A stretch of 64,000 nt of DNA. It comes from Eledone cirrhosa. Its lineage: Eukaryota. The translations under genes were made by a program, and so were the position numbers. The notes under the pieces are model-generated. The model saw only the letters and a program-made list of their open reading frames with translations, was not told the origin of the DNA and ran no database searches. Shown one piece after another: positions 42,130 to 57,308 of this stretch. The stretch spans positions 40,982,001 through 41,046,000 of the forward strand of contig OZ024747.1 of the NCBI GenBank assembly GCA_964016885.1, in the 5' to 3' direction. Within the stretch, counting starts at the first letter, position 1; the number at the start of each line of letters is the position of its first letter.

Positions 42130-45100
42130 TATAGCTTAGATTACGATACTTATAGAAAATTTATATATAAGGAACTGCATAGGAGCTACAAGAAAACTAC
42201 TACTAAAAACCTAGAAGATATAATATTGAAGGAGTAAATTAGAACTTCAGAGACATACACAGCCATACACCCCTAATCCCCCAAGATTCTCTCTGAAGAC
42301 CATAAAGAAGACTTCATTAGTAACCCTTCAATTAGACTGATTTGCCCTTCCAAGTCTGACATCGGTATTATCAGCAAGAAAATATTTGATAAAATCATCC
42401 CACAATTTAAGCACAAAATATACCTTAAACAATGGGGAAATACGGGTGAGGTTATTGAATGGTTCAAGAGTATCAAAGAGTGTAAAAATAAAAAAAATTA
42501 TACAATTTAATATAAATTCATACTACACCTCCATTTCCCCTATCCTATTAAATAAGGCTCTAATTATGGCCATGAACAATAGTGACCTGACTAGATCCCA
42601 AATTGATGTCATACTTGCGGCCCGAAAAACCATAATTACATTTGAAGAAGAATTATGGACCCGCATGGATACGCAAAACAACTTCGACATAAACATGGAA
42701 TCTAATGACTCGGCGCAGGTCACCGATTTGGTGGGCAAACACCTACTTAATGAAATCCATAAGAACCTACCCTACCTCAACGGTGGTTTATACCGCGATG
42801 ATGCGCTTCTTCTTATAGACTATAACAAATTTAATATAGAAAAAACTAGGAAACAGTTACACACAATTTTCAAAAACTTCAACTTAAGTATCACCTTAGA
42901 TAAAAACACTAAAAACGTCAACTTTCTTGATGTTACCCTTAGCCTAAACTCTAGAATATACACACCTTATCATAAACCTAACGAAAAACTAATTTATGTG
43001 AACACCAACTCTAACCTCCCGACATCCTAATTAAACTCTATTACCAAAGGAATATCTAATAGAATCTCTAATCTATCATATAATGAAACGATGTTTAACA
43101 ATAATTCACAATACTATAATGAGGCCTTAGCTAAATCAGGACATAACTATGAGATTGAATTCTTACCTATAAAATCACATAGTTACAACATTATTTCTTA
43201 TTTCTCATAATATGGCCATGAGGAATAATAGTAAAAACACTAGCCACTATAATTCTAAGACGAAGATTAATACCAAACTTAACTCGCACCAAAGTAAACA
43301 CCGCAATAATAATATAAATAAATACCTCAAAAAACAATATTATAAACAAAAATAGAAGTAGAACTAATACATTCTTCAATCCCCCTTTCAATCTAAACGT
43401 CTCTACCAACTTGCCTAAGGCTTTCTTCTCAATCTTAGAAAAAACTTCCCGGCCGGCCACAAGTACCATAGCCTTATCAATAAAAATACAATTAAAATAT
43501 CGTACTCCACCACACCTAACATAGCATACCATACAGCCAGTAGTAATAAAAGGAAGATTAATAACTATTTCCAACTAATTAAAATACAACAGGAGGTAAA
43601 CTTAGTACCTGTAAACAATAGTAGTAATAATAGTAATAATGATAATAGTACTAATGAAATCAATAACAATACGAATGATAGACATCATTACCCTAGTGCT
43701 ATCCCTAGCAACCAGAATTCTTCACAACATAGGAACCGGCAAGCTAACACCCAGAATAAATGTAACAGTAGAACTAATAGAACTTGCCCCTTAGGTAATA
43801 ATTGCTTAACCAAAGACATCATCTACTCATGCACCGTCAACGCAAACAACTCTTCTAAAACATATAGAGGTTCTACTTCGAACAACTTCAAGAAGAGATA
43901 CAACTCGCACCTCCACTGTTTCAAAATACACAATCTAGCCAGCTCCACGTCCTTATCTGGCTACGTACACTCTCTGAAAACTAGGAATGGACCATTTACA
44001 CTGCAATGGGAAGTAGTAGGTTGGGCCTCATCGTATAAACCACCGAATAAATTGTGTAATCTCTGCCTTCTGGAGACCCATACTATAATCTTTGCGAAAC
44101 TAGACCTCCTTAATAGAAAGTCAGAGACATTTTCCTCGTGCCAACACCGGTACCGGCACTCGTTCCATAACTTTAAACCAAGCTGTTAGTATACAACAAT
44201 GTCAAATTTGAATTCCCCACCACCATTAACACTACACATCTAGGACTTAGCAGCACCCACAACCACAAACCCTTCGACCAACTCTTTCCTCTACACAACT
44301 CCTATTCATCTATAACCTTATGCTCTGCAATAACAGTTAGAATTAGACATAGAGTTACCACCTTGTGATATAACTACAATAGATTAATTATATCATATAC
44401 AGAAATGGATATTTGGTACTTGGTATGTAGAGTCATTTAATGTAATATGTGATAATAAACTATATATATGCATTTATAATTGTATAATTAGATGCTTAAA
44501 TTACACAACATAATAATAATAAAGTATATATACATTTATAATTAAATATAAAATGTTATAGCATTGTATATTGGGGATTATATTATTACACATATAGCAT
44601 ATCTATTATGACATATTAACAGCTATATGATCCTTCATAACATATACCTTGTCCAGTAATGAATAGATAACAATCTAAAGAGACCTTTAATCTATGATAG
44701 TAAAATACACTGTATTTAAAATCAGATATAAATATACAGCGTTATGTAACAGAGATCCAATGGTATCACATTATATTGTGTATTAGAACAAAGAATTTTA
44801 ATAACTGAATTGAACTTAATTAGCTGGTTACCTCCCCTTACACATTAGCTCCCCTTATTCACTTCCGGAAATTAACGATTGATCAAATATAGTCTATGAA
44901 TATGAATTCATTAAGACTAATTTACAATCCATTGCTCTAACTAACTTAAAACATTCAATATAAACATTAACTAAAATTTAATTCAACATATGTCATGGAA
45001 AAGTCTGCAAAGACTGTATTTCTCAACACACATTAATTCGAACACTATCAACATTCAACATCCACCATAGATTCTAATACATTAACATATTTGCTTAAAG

Positions 45101-45720
45101 TGCAGTATTTATTCATCTATATATGCATAATAGCTTTGCTTGTCTCCTTCTCGTGTATATGACTTACACAGTTACACTATCCACACGCCTGCATATGAAT
45201 TGTTAATGCACTCTTCCTTTCTCAAAACTACTTCCTCAATGCCTCTTTAATAATTGGACTATTCTCTTGTTTTATCTGTTGCATGAATTCCACTCCGTGC
45301 TTTTGATTTTAATTTAATTTGAATTTGAATTTGAACTTGAATGTTTGTACAATTATTGTACAATTCTCGTAAAATATATGTCACATCCATTCTACTCTGT
45401 AAATACGAAACTGTTGCTCACAACATCAATTTATATGTATCTATATTATTGCTCAGTTGAACAGGAGGTTAATTATATGTGCAAACATTGATAATGCTCC
45501 GATGACTCCAAACGAGAGTTTGGAAAAAACGATTGTCAGCTATTAAATGATTTGAACACAACTTTGATAATTGTATAATTTATTTATTTTCCTGCTCTGT
45601 AAAACAACTGATGTTCATACATTGAGCTATTTCTCTTACTGGTAATAAGGTAATAGGAAATTACTGACCTTCCTGTTTATAGTTGTTTATACTATATACA
45701 TAACTATAAATAGTATTATT
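42130..45720 (+). mobile_element. 5' truncated Naiad-like PLE (family F): RT, GIY-YIG, ~1.5 kb 3' UTR, hammerhead 45495-45540
   Basis: RLICPSKSDIG, GGLYRDD, VNFLDVTL, FFNPPF, CPLGNNCLTKDIIY..TY.G..FKKRYNSH..CNLCLLE, stop at 44189. Confidence 0.9.
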
Positions 45721-46442
45721 ATTATATATATATATATATATATAATACATATATGTGTGTGCATATATATATACTAACGGGATATTTTCCCGTTACTATA
45801 TACACATACACGGATTCTACAACAAAGTACAAACATGACTAAATTATATGTCAATGTACCCTAAACGATCGACAGATTATGGTAATTTACTTCGTATTAT
45901 TCAGGAAATCGATTCTGTAATGTATTCATTTACATTACAATTTCAATTGGGATTATTTAGAGAGTCTTAGCATCAATTGGAATGAGAAAGGAAAATATCG
46001 AATTTATTTAGGTTTTTTGATTAGTAATAGCTGGTTCAATTTATCAACTAGAAGCCAATGACCACTGTTTGAAACAAATAGGCATTACTAGAATACATTG
46101 TTATCAACGAAGTCACGTATCTATTGAACGAATAGCCCCTTTTAAGCTTTCCCATTAACAGCGGAAAGTTCCAATTGCTTTTTGTTTTTGGATGCTCAGT
46201 CTCTTCAACATGTTTTTCTCCGAAGTTAAGACTAACCAAATGTCACAGCGAATTCAAGTATCTTACTTCGTGCTTCGAGCCAATTTTAAACAAATTAAGG
46301 CATACATTCCTGATTTTATGAGAAATACTTTTCTAATGTTTGTTCCAAGAAAAGAAGTTTGCATTGTGTCTAGTCTATATTGTGTATCAGGGTAATCGAA
46401 ATATGACAGATTCTGTGACATGATACGTGCATTATTACATAT

Positions 46443-46832
46443 AGGGCGGTGAATTGGCAGTATCGGTAGAGGGTCGGACATGCTTTCCAGCATAGTTACG
46501 TCCCTTTACGATCTGAGTTCAAATCCGGCCGAGATTAACTTTGCCTTTCATCCTTACGGGGTCGATAAAATAAAGTACCAGTAATGTACTGGATAATTGC
46601 TGGCCTTGTGCCTAAAATAGAAACAATTGTTATATATAAGGGCGGTGGATTGGCAGTATCGGTATAGGGTCGGACGCCATGCTTTCACGCATAGAGTTAC
46701 GGCCCTTTATGGTCTGAGTTCAAATCCCGCCGAGGTTAACTTTGCGTTTCATCCTTACGGGGTCGATAAAATAAAGTACTAGTAATACACTGGGTAATTG
46801 CTGGCCTTGTGCCAAAAGTAGAAACAATTATT
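46443..46832 (+). mobile_element. Head-to-tail dimer of tRNA-derived SINE
   Basis: Two complete units separated by gttatatataa. Confidence 0.85.
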
Positions 46833-47269
46833 ACATATGAGGTTGAAAAGGCATCTAGAATTTATAAATGTAGAATAACTTGAAGATTAATTACATGCAT
46901 GAAGTTATCATGTTTGTTATTATATTACCAAGACAATTTCCTACAGTTCGTTTGTTTCAGCTGATCACATATGAAAGAACTTGAAAGTGTTATTAGATTT
47001 TATTAGTTTCCTGATTGACATTTTAATACAGTAAAGTTGTTAATATTGGCAATATTACTTTTGCTTTCCAATTTTTGCAGGTTACTTAATCTTTATTGTT
47101 CATCAAATTGTCGTTTGAATATTTTGTGTCTTCTCTTTTTCATTATCTTAATTATAAATTCTTCCTCATAATTAATGTTTTATTACAATAACTCAGATAT
47201 TGAAATACCTTGAATAAAAATAACTCATTTGATACACAACTGTCTCTCATTAATTCAATTGTTTCATAT

Positions 47270-47460
47270 GGCGGTAGATTGGCAGAGTCATTAGAACGTC
47301 GGGCAAAATGCTTTGCGACGTTTAGTTACGGCTGATATCAACCTTGTCTGTTATCCATTCGGTAATCGGTAAAATAAAGTACCAGTTACGTACTAGGGTT
47401 GATATAATCGACTTTCCCGTTCCCCCATTTTCATGCCATTCTGCCAATGTTAAAAAGAAT
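47270..47460 (+). mobile_element. Older SINE variant
   Basis: ggcggtagattggcagagtc...aaaataaagtaccagtt. Confidence 0.6.
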
Positions 47461-50400
47461 TAATTAGTTTGTTATAATTAATTGTTTCTACATTTTGGGG
47501 ATTGTTTTGTTTATTAGTTTCTGTTTATACACATGATTTCCTAATGAAACCAGTAATTTACGAAGTAGTAAAGAAGAAAAACTAAATATTTTTTTTCTTC
47601 CATCATTTTTTTTTCTATTGACTCCAATGATAAGGGGTTGGGTGTTGATAATATCTAAAAAGCAAGATGTATACCAGGCATGCATTTTCATATTTACCTT
47701 CAAAAATTCAAAAGATTTATGCTAACAATTGAGAAATTATTGTAAAATAATATAAATAAAATCAATAAATATAGTTAATTGCCTTGGATTCTCCATCATG
47801 AGTACATGATTCACCTTATAGAATCACAACGTGAGGAATTTCATGTTTTTCGAATGTACATCACAGTGATGTAGGTTTTGATGTGGAGCCAAGACCAAAA
47901 ATAGTAACGCATCGAAGAATAGAATCGTCTTATAATAAATCTCTCAGTTATAGAGAATCGTCTATAAAAATAAGATTCTATAAAAATTCTATGATTATTG
48001 GTTGGTATATATAATCTTAGTATAAATGGGAAAAGAAGCACAATTTACTTTTAACCGCAATTTTCATAATCATTCAAGAATGTTAACGATGTTCACATAT
48101 GAATCATTATAAGAGTAGCAGCTGCAATAATCTGTTATTAATTTTTATATCCATGTTTTATTTTCTATGGTAAACAATAAGTTGACAATTAATTGGAATG
48201 CTTAAGACGTTTAGAAGAAATTTTCATGAAATATGTAGATTGGCCGCCATCATTCTTTCATTTGGCATTATTTCTTTGCCATCTAATTGTCTCTTTAACA
48301 CGTTTCTTATCATATTTCTAATAAAACTATGCTGACTATGATTTTGAAATAATTTTGAAAATCATCAAGAATTTGGAAAGATTAAATAATATAGCTTTCT
48401 TGTTACTAAATTGGTGATTGGAGCATAACTTCACATATGATTATGATTAAAGGGTAGTAGATAAATATACATATTTTAAATTAAACAGTAAAAAAGAAGA
48501 ACGAAGAAGAAATCAAGCAGTTTTATATCGTAGAAGAGGAGGCGGGTTGGTATCAAAAGAGTTAAATGTGATCATATATGTCCGCTTAGTTTGCGGTTTG
48601 ATGAGAAGGGTGTTCAACTCTGCAACTGAAATCAAATTATTTGAAATTAAATCATAACATTTCGGGACTTGTTAATCGAAACATTATAATTTTCAAAAGT
48701 GCATGCTACATATTTCTTTATAGATTTTATGAAGATGGTAATCATGAATTCACATTGAAATCTCAATATCCTCACTGAGAAATTATTTTCTAAACACCAT
48801 TAATCCTTATCGTAAATGTATTATTGATTTCTTTCTTACTTCATTCGTTGAATTAAGCCTTGGAAGTGTGAGTCAAAGCTTGAGTTGGTTGTGCAGCTGA
48901 AATCACTTGAAACTGCTTTGTCTATTGTATGCTAAGATTCTGTAACCGTACTAGGCCTAATTGTGACATAACCGAATCATACGCGCCTTTTGTTATCTAA
49001 GAACTACATATGTAGCTTACTGTATTAAAACTACATATGATCTTCCTATTTCATTTAAAATATATCACGTCGTGCAATTCATGATACTGTTGTGGGAATA
49101 GGTAAATATTTATTGTTACTTTATCCGATATCACACGATGAAAGACAATATTTGTATTTATGGATATCTGGTATCATATGAAGAATTGGAAAACTTTCAT
49201 TATGTTTTCTTTTCATTATTTCCTTGTGTTAACAATGTAAATATTTTTAATACAATAACTTGTGCTTTTCAAACCAAATCTACGTGAGCGTATAGAACTG
49301 TTATACCATCGTGATACTATTCAAAAATACATCTTTAGGAGATGTGGTGCTGCTAATTGCTATTCTTTTGGAAGTTATACTCACAGAGGTGTTGGACCAC
49401 ACAATCAGCTAACAAAGCATTCTTCAATTTAACAACACTGTTTCTATTTGTACCATCTAATATATGAAAGTATAATAATATAAGGGTTACAGAACGAAAA
49501 CACAAACACATATAATATATACAAAGCAGGTAATACATACATCATTGAACAATAATGATAAAGGAAAGAAAAAAGGGGGGTGCAATTCACCATTAAGTGC
49601 GGCAATCGGCCGCACCTCACACCTTAGAGGTTAACTACACACTTTGAGGCAACATGCTCGCAACATTACCACGGGTAATGGCGAGGCTAAGGCGCTGAAA
49701 TAACCAGGCACCCTCACATGCATCACCTGACACCTCAGTAAGGTGAGCCACCAGTGATGACAAACTTCGCTGTCAATATCATTATATTATTATATTTTTT
49801 ATACAACTATGAGTAAATAAATTGTTCTGATATATGAAAGCAACAAGTAATGAGTGGTTTGGCTTTCTTTTGTTTTTAAATTTCAATTCTTCTTAGTGAA
49901 AGGTTTTGTTCACAAACCATTGAATAATTTATTTTTGTAGAATCTGCATATATGAGACTACAGTATTTATAAATATTCTTGGATAAACATGTATCAAATA
50001 TCACTGAACTGTATTAGATGACCTATAATTAATAACTATTTATTCCTTTTAACGCAAACCTTCTTTTGTTTATATGTGGATGTGAGATGAATATCTTTCA
50101 TTTTAATTGTCTTTCTATTATTACAACCTAAGCCTTTTCGAAAGTTAAACAGATTTAACTGCGAATAATGTATTATAAAATACTATTTCAGAAGAATTGT
50201 TGAAACAGTTACTACTGATGTCGAAATTCTAAAGTAAATGTTATCGTGAAATCCGAATAAAGTTTAAATTGGAATTAACTAAATATAATGATTTATATAA
50301 TCATAGATTCGCATTTAGATTATACATTCTATTCAATATAAAAAAAAACATCTGTTAAATGAGAATATTTCACATGTATATATTTTATTTGAAATTTTTG

Positions 50401-50754
50401 GAGATTGTTCATATATGCTGGTGATTCTATAGTTGCCGCAATTTAACGAAGTATTTTCCTTGAAAGAACGTCACATTTAGAAGAAATATAAAATTTTATA
50501 AGAAAATAAAAACAAACGTGTTAGGGAGTAATGTTAATTTGCTAATACTGTTTGGAAATTGAAAGACAATTTAATTTTACTTCCATAAACATTCGCTGAA
50601 TTTAATTGCCGTTTCCGAATTTTCCAATTAATGCTAACTTTATAGATTAGAGCAATTACGTTTTATGCATAGCGTGTTTGGAAAAATATATATGAAGATT
50701 ATTTATAAGATACTTTATTAAAATCATGCCTAATACATGAATGTTATTTTAATA

Positions 50755-50936
50755 TTGGCAGTATCGTTAGAGGGTCGGCCGCCATACTTTGCATCAAAGA
50801 GTTACGGCCCTTTATGGACTGAGTTCAAATCCCGCCGAGGTTAACTTTGCCTTTCATCCTTACGGGGTCGATAAAATAAAATACCAGTAATGCACTGGGG
50901 TAATTGCTGGCCTTGTGCCAAAAGTAGAAACAGTTA
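50755..50936 (+). mobile_element. tRNA-derived SINE, about 60 bp from the GPCR donor site
   Basis: Family motifs. Confidence 0.85.
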
Positions 50937-50996
50937 TTTTAATGTAGAATATTTTAACACTCAGTTTAAAGACGGGAAATAAGATTTTCAACTTAC

Positions 50997-51097
50997 CTGA
51001 AATATCTGAAGATGAAGAGTGAAATGAGAAGAGACAATGTCGAAAGGGAATATCCCACATACAAAATACTCGTCTTTGCTGCCAAACGCCGAAAATT
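50997..51097 (-). CDS. Exon of class B1 (secretin-family) GPCR: juxtamembrane segment and TM1
   Basis: Acceptor tctatttcaattccag, donor CAG|GTAAGT; 101 nt = NFRRLAAKTSILYVGYSLSTLSLLISLFIFRYF + AG, matching the class B TM1 pattern Y.GYS.S...L.....IF..F. Confidence 0.88.
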
Positions 51098-51401
51098 CTG
51101 GAATTGAAATAGATAAAAGAACTAATATTCAAGTACAGGATTATCTGCATAAGTTTCTTAACATAATCAAAATATCTCGATATTTCGGTCTTTGGGAAGT
51201 GTTTCAATGAGCGCTATTATAATTCTTTTTATTTTGTCGACATATTTGTTGAAGAATACAGCTAAAAAAATTATAAATGTGGATTTGAAAATACCTTTTC
51301 CGTATGAGGGAATATATATTTCCGCGGATCCATTTTTGTGTTAATTCCGTAAATATATACATACGTAGACACACACACACCATAATTCTTATTATTATTG
51401 A

Positions 51402-51588
51402 AGGTGAATTGGCAGTACCGGTAGAGAGTCGGACGCCATACTTTCCAGCATAGTTACGTCTCTTTACGGTCTGAGTTCAAATCCCGCAAGGTTAACTTTG
51501 CCTTTCATCCTTACGAGGTCGATAAAATAAAGTACCAGTAATGTACTGGATAATTGCTGGCCTTGTGCCAAAAGTAGAAACAATTATT
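51402..51588 (+). mobile_element. tRNA-derived SINE
   Basis: Family motifs. Confidence 0.85.
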
Positions 51589-51599
51589 GGAGGTGAAGC

Positions 51600-54045
51600 C
51601 ACGCTTTTTTCAACTGTATACATCTATTTCCACCGTTTCTAACCTTTTATTCAAGTTTTAAACTTGATAAGAGTTTAAAACAAGTGACCCACTTAATACA
51701 GGGGTTTCACTTGTAAATAATACGACACCCCTTTATGGGGAGTCGTATTCTGTAAAATTTACTTGAAAAACTTTTCGTTCAAACATGGATAACACAAAAA
51801 AGAGAGAGAGTGCTGTCAGACAACATAGAGAGAGGGGGGACTTTGTCAACATGTCAACAAGACAGCGTTCGAGCGAAGGTATATTCAAAAGAAGAAAATA
51901 TTACGAAAGAAAAGAAAAACAATATCCTTTTTAATGAGATTGTTTCAGATCTAGAAGAACCAAATAGTACTGACACAAACAACACCAACAATAACACCAA
52001 CAAGAACACCATCAATAACACCAACAAAAACACCATAAATAACAACAGGAACAACGAAAATAACAGCGGTAAGGTCGAGTAATACAATGACAATAACAAC
52101 AGCCACAACAACAATAACAGCAGCGATAGTATCAACGAAAACAACAATAATAACAACAATAGCAGCAGCAACAGTATCAACGAAAGCAACAACAATAATA
52201 ACATCAATAACAGTAACAACAAGACCAGTAGCAGCAGTAGCGGCAGCAATAATGGTGCCGTTGAAAAAAGGGGCACTTCTTTTGCAGTTGTGGCCTGAAA
52301 TATAGAGACAGTGGTAGTCACGGTGGAGGAGGTGGCAGTCGCAAGGGCCATGGTGACTAGAAATGCCAATCGAATTTCCCTGAAGCCTCCACCCGATGTT
52401 TTCAAGACCAGCAGCTACGGATGGTGACTTACCGTACGGTAAGCAAAAGATCACATCGAGTAGAGAGAGCCACGGGGGTGCGTCTGAACACGCAAAACGT
52501 ATGCCACAGTAGACGTACTTTTTGCCACCCACCAAGTAGCGAAGTCGCACTCTTTGGTAACCCTAAAGAATGAGGAGATAGTTTTGGTTCCCTCCTACTG
52601 CGGGCAGAAGATTGTGAGGGTCAAAGTGACCTTGGCTGACCATATCTGTCCTTGGTGGAAACGAAGACAGGACGACCACGCTGCAAGTACAAAGGATAAG
52701 GAGGGAGAACTGGTCAGGTATAGGAATGCAAATGTTAATCCAAACTGACCAGGAGTGTATCGAGGCTATCCCAGACATTATAGACTTCGAAGAAGGAGTC
52801 TAACTCCCTATAAGCGTGGAAAGAAGGCGCCAAAAGTGCTATCTCTGTGGGTCAAAAGGTCACCTCAGGGCCTTTTGCCCGCAGAATACAGCAAAGAACA
52901 AGCCCTCCTCCTCCCTCCTTCCGACGCCTGGTCCGCTGGGCAGGCAACAGAGCCTGCAAGCCCTTCCACGGTGAGTAGGAGAGCAACGTCCCTGGCACCC
53001 ATACCAAAGCCACGGACACCTAAACCAGCGACAACATCTGTAGATACAGTTGCAGTAGCTATACAGGCGACAAAATTGCCGAAGCGGGTTCCACTACCAC
53101 CACCAACAGCCGTGGATATCGTACCCCTCCTAGACGCCACGGAATCCGACATGGAGTGTGAGGTGGGAGTGGAGTGGCAAAAGGTCTGCCACACAAAAAA
53201 AAGAAATAACCCCTTAGCTTCGCCCTCCAAAAGCGAGGGCAAACAAAGAGGGGTAAAGGCTGCAAAGCGACTTGCAGCAACACCACCACCATCACCACTA
53301 CAAACATCACCACCAACAACAACCACACCACCACCAGCATCACCACAAACACCAAGATCGCAAACACAACAAGGCACACATACCCAACAGCAGCAACAAG
53401 AAAACAGCACACATCCCCCCCCCACCCCACACACACCCCAAAAAAATTACACAAAAAAAGATATGGCAAATAAAGAACTCATAGAACATATATAACATTA
53501 CAGACATTACAGACAAAAATTACTACACCCCACCAACACCAAGAACATTACGAAAAGATATAAACATTATCGAAATTAAACTGGAACATTATAAACATTT
53601 TAAAACAAAAATTTCCCAACGCAGTTGGATACTTCAGACGGTCGGTTACCAAGAGAATATACACGAATATTATCTTGGAGACACCCATGACCAGCCAAAG
53701 GGACGGTTCGACTGTCCCTTTCCGACACGATCAGGGTAGGTGATTCTTTCTCACTTACTCCATTCCTCACCTAACATGGCCTTACTTAGAATAGGCAGTA
53801 TAAATGTACGTGGCCTGGGGTCATCTTGGAAGGAGGGCCGCTTGCTTAACGACCTCAGGTCACTAAACATAGATGTGGTGGCCATCAGCGAGACCAGAAT
53901 TTCCGAAGCACGAGACTTCTTACCCATCTTCGGCGGCTACGATGTATACACATTTCCCAGCCGTCCGGGAGCAGGGGGGGGGGGGCGGAGTTGCCGTGCT
54001 TTTCGGAAAGGTTTGGTTCTCGCCATACGGGCCATCTTCCTTGTT
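51600..54045 (+). mobile_element. 5' part of a Tx1/L1-like LINE: decayed ORF1 with zinc knuckle and start of ORF2 APE
   Basis: KCYLCGSKGHLRAFCP near 52835-52880; MALLRIGSINVRGL...DVVAISETR from 53777. Confidence 0.75.
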
Positions 54046-54075
54046 TCCATTCGTTGTCTTATCTTCTATTTGTTA

Positions 54076-54121
<46 letters not shown>

Positions 54122-54123
<2 letters not shown>

Positions 54124-57100
54124 AAGGCGGGTAAAATTCCCGAGATCCATGGACGAGTTCTCTCCAGCGGTCTGTGTCCCTCATCATCGCTGCCATGTCC
54201 TGCATCTCCAACAGACCAGTGTCTGTCCTTAGGGCATCAACATACGTTAACCTTGGTCTTCCTCTTCTAGTGTGTCCATGTAGGGGCTCCCAAAGGAGTA
54301 CTGTGTGCAATGTCAACTCTGGATGTCGGTGAGCATGTCCAGATAACCTCAGTCTCCTCTGTGTCACTTTTGAGCTGACTTTTGGGATGCTCCCATACAG
54401 CTCTGAGTTTTTCATCCTCAGTGTATACTGATTAATGTTCAGAGCCATCCTCAGCATTCTCGTGTAGCACCCACCCACCATCTGAGTGAGTTTCTTGGTC
54501 AGTGTCCAAGTCTCAGACCCATACAGCAGCACAGACTCCACTACAGCAATGAAGAGGCGGATTTTCAGGTCTCTACGAAGGTCCGACTTCCACACCGATC
54601 TCAAGCTGTGGCACGCCGCCCAGGCCTTGATCTTCCTCTCAACCACATCATCCTCCGTATTCCCAATCTTTGCTCCCAAATACAGGAAGTCCTCAACCAA
54701 TTCCAGCGGCTTCCCGCCTACATTAGTGATCCCCTCTGGCTTCTCAACATTCTCTACCAGATATTTTGTTTTAGTCTCATTCATTCTCAGCCCCACACTC
54801 ATCGACACAGTCTCAACCTCCCGCATCAAATCCTCTGCCTCCTTCACTGTATTTGTCACCAAACTATGTCGTCGGCAAATTCAGCATCCGATACCTTTTT
54901 CGCCCTAACTCTCCTGCTCTGAGCCGGTGCTACAGTAAAGCCAGAGTCCTGGTGTTTCTCCAGTGCAAGGCGCATACAATAGTCCACTACGATGATAAAT
55001 CCATTTATGGGTTAAATAACTACCTTATTCGAGTGGCGCCGGTAAGGTATTGTCAGCCATTGAAAAGAAATATGGAGAGTCAATCTAACAGCACTAGGGT
55101 TAGAGCCCCTAATTACACTGTCAAGGAGCAGCCTGGTCGTTATGACTCTGCTGGCTTAGAGCCACAGAGAGGGCCAGTGGATGATGGATCAGCTGTCTCT
55201 GAGACAAATATAAAGAATGCAGTTTTGTCCTGCAGAAGAGCCATCAAAATGGGCACTTTGAATGTGAGGACTATTCGGACGCTGGAGAAGAGAGAGAAGT
55301 TGGGACATCTGTTCGAGGAGAGTGGTATACAGATACTTGCGATCCAAGAACACAGGATTCTACACGATGAGCCCGTGAGGAGTGTGATGATCGGGAGGAA
55401 GAGCCAGCTCATCACTACATCGGCAGTGAAGAACATAACAAATGCTGCAGTAGGAAGAGTTTGCTTTGTGTTCAGTGCAAAAACCAATCTGTTGGTGAGG
55501 GAAATAATGCCTATCTCCCCGCGAGTGTTGAAGGTGACCTTCAATGGAAACCCAAGACTGACAGTCATCTCAGCCTATAGTCCAACCGAGGGGGACAGTG
55601 ATGTGAATGCGGAAGTGTTCCATGAGGAGGTGTGTAGAGCTGTCAACACCACTCAGGCACACAATATGCTGCTTGTTTTGGGGGACTTCAATGCACATCT
55701 GAGTAAGGAGGGCAGTGAAGATCCTTGCTGGTACTTCCATAACAACACTAACCGAAATGGAAGACTACTGAGAGACACCCTGCTGGAGGCGAACTTGATG
55801 GCGACCAACCTAAGGTTTAGGAAGAATCTGGGGAAGATGTGGACCTACATCTCAGATATGCACCTGTCCAAGTCCCAGATTGATTTCATTCTGGTGAGGA
55901 AAAAGTGGCGGAATAGTGTTCTGAACACGGAACCATACAGCTATTTCAGTACACTGGGTAGTGACCACCGGCTTGTTATGAGTGAGGTCCGCGTGAGCTT
56001 AAGAAAGAGCAAGGCTCAGCCCCGGAGAACAATCTATGACTGGGGAGCTTTCAAGGAAGATGATAAGCTACAGGAGAGGTTCACAGTGGAAGTGAGAAAC
56101 AGGTTTAGTGCTCTGTGTGGAGAGTCAGGGGAGAGAGAGATTGGATGGACTGAGGAGAGTGTAACGAGGAGGTACGGGCACTTCACCAATGCAGTGGCGG
56201 AAGCAAGTGAAACTCTGGTGCCGAGGAAAAAGAACAAAGGGAAGCACGTCAGCTCTGCAAACCCCAAAGTGTGTGCAGCCAGAGAACACCTGAAAGCTGC
56301 CAGGGACCAATTCTATGCTGATCCTACGGAGGAGAGGATGGAGACTGTGGAGGTGATGAGGGAAGAGCTCTGTACCGCTTACACTGAGGTCAGAGAGGAG
56401 GCACTGATAGAGAAGATCAGAAGTGTGGAGAGAGCGGTTGACAGATCTGGATGTAAGGAGAGCTGGATGATCATCAACGAGATCACAGGGAGGAAGAGAA
56501 GGTGTTCGAGTCAGATCCAGGGAATGGGGCCCGAGGATAGGAAGAGGAAATGGCTAGACCATTTTAGGACCCTACTAGGAGAGCCACCCTATACAGCCCA
56601 GAACACTGGGGAGATCAGGCGGCTGTTTGAGGAACTGGATGTTGAGACAGAGCCCTTCACCAGAGAGGAGCTTCAGAGAGCCAAGAATAGGATCAAGGAG
56701 GGCAAGGCTCATGGAGAAGATGGAGTGGCATCAGAGGTGATGAAGAGGTGTGATTTTGATGATATCATCCTGGGGTTCTGTAACGAGGCACTGGAGAAAG
56801 GAGTTGCCCCGAATCAGTGGAGGATCAGTAACATCGTCCCAGTGCCAAAGAAGGGAGATCTCTCTAACACCAACAACTACCTTGGGGATCTCACTGACGT
56901 CACTTGTGGCAAAGACCCTCAACAGGATGATTCTTAACAGGATCCTGCCTGAGATGGAGAAGAAGCTCAGGGACAACCAGAACGGCTTCAGAGAGGGTAG
57001 ATCAACCACCAGTCACATCCTGATGCTGAGGAGGATATTAGAGGGAGCTAGAGCAAAGTGCCTTCCTGCGGTCGTGGTTTTCATTGACTTTAGGAAGGCC

Positions 57101-57308
57101 TTTGATTCTGTGGACCGTTACTGCCTGATGAAGATCTTACAGGCTTATGGAACCCCCAAGAAGATAGTGGACCTGATATCACTGCTCTACACCAACACCA
57201 AAGCCCGAGTCATTACACCTGATGGGATGACAGAGTTCTTTGAGATACTGGCTGGAGTGCTCCAGGGAGATACATTGGCTCCCTACCTTTTTATCATCGT
57301 AGTGGACT

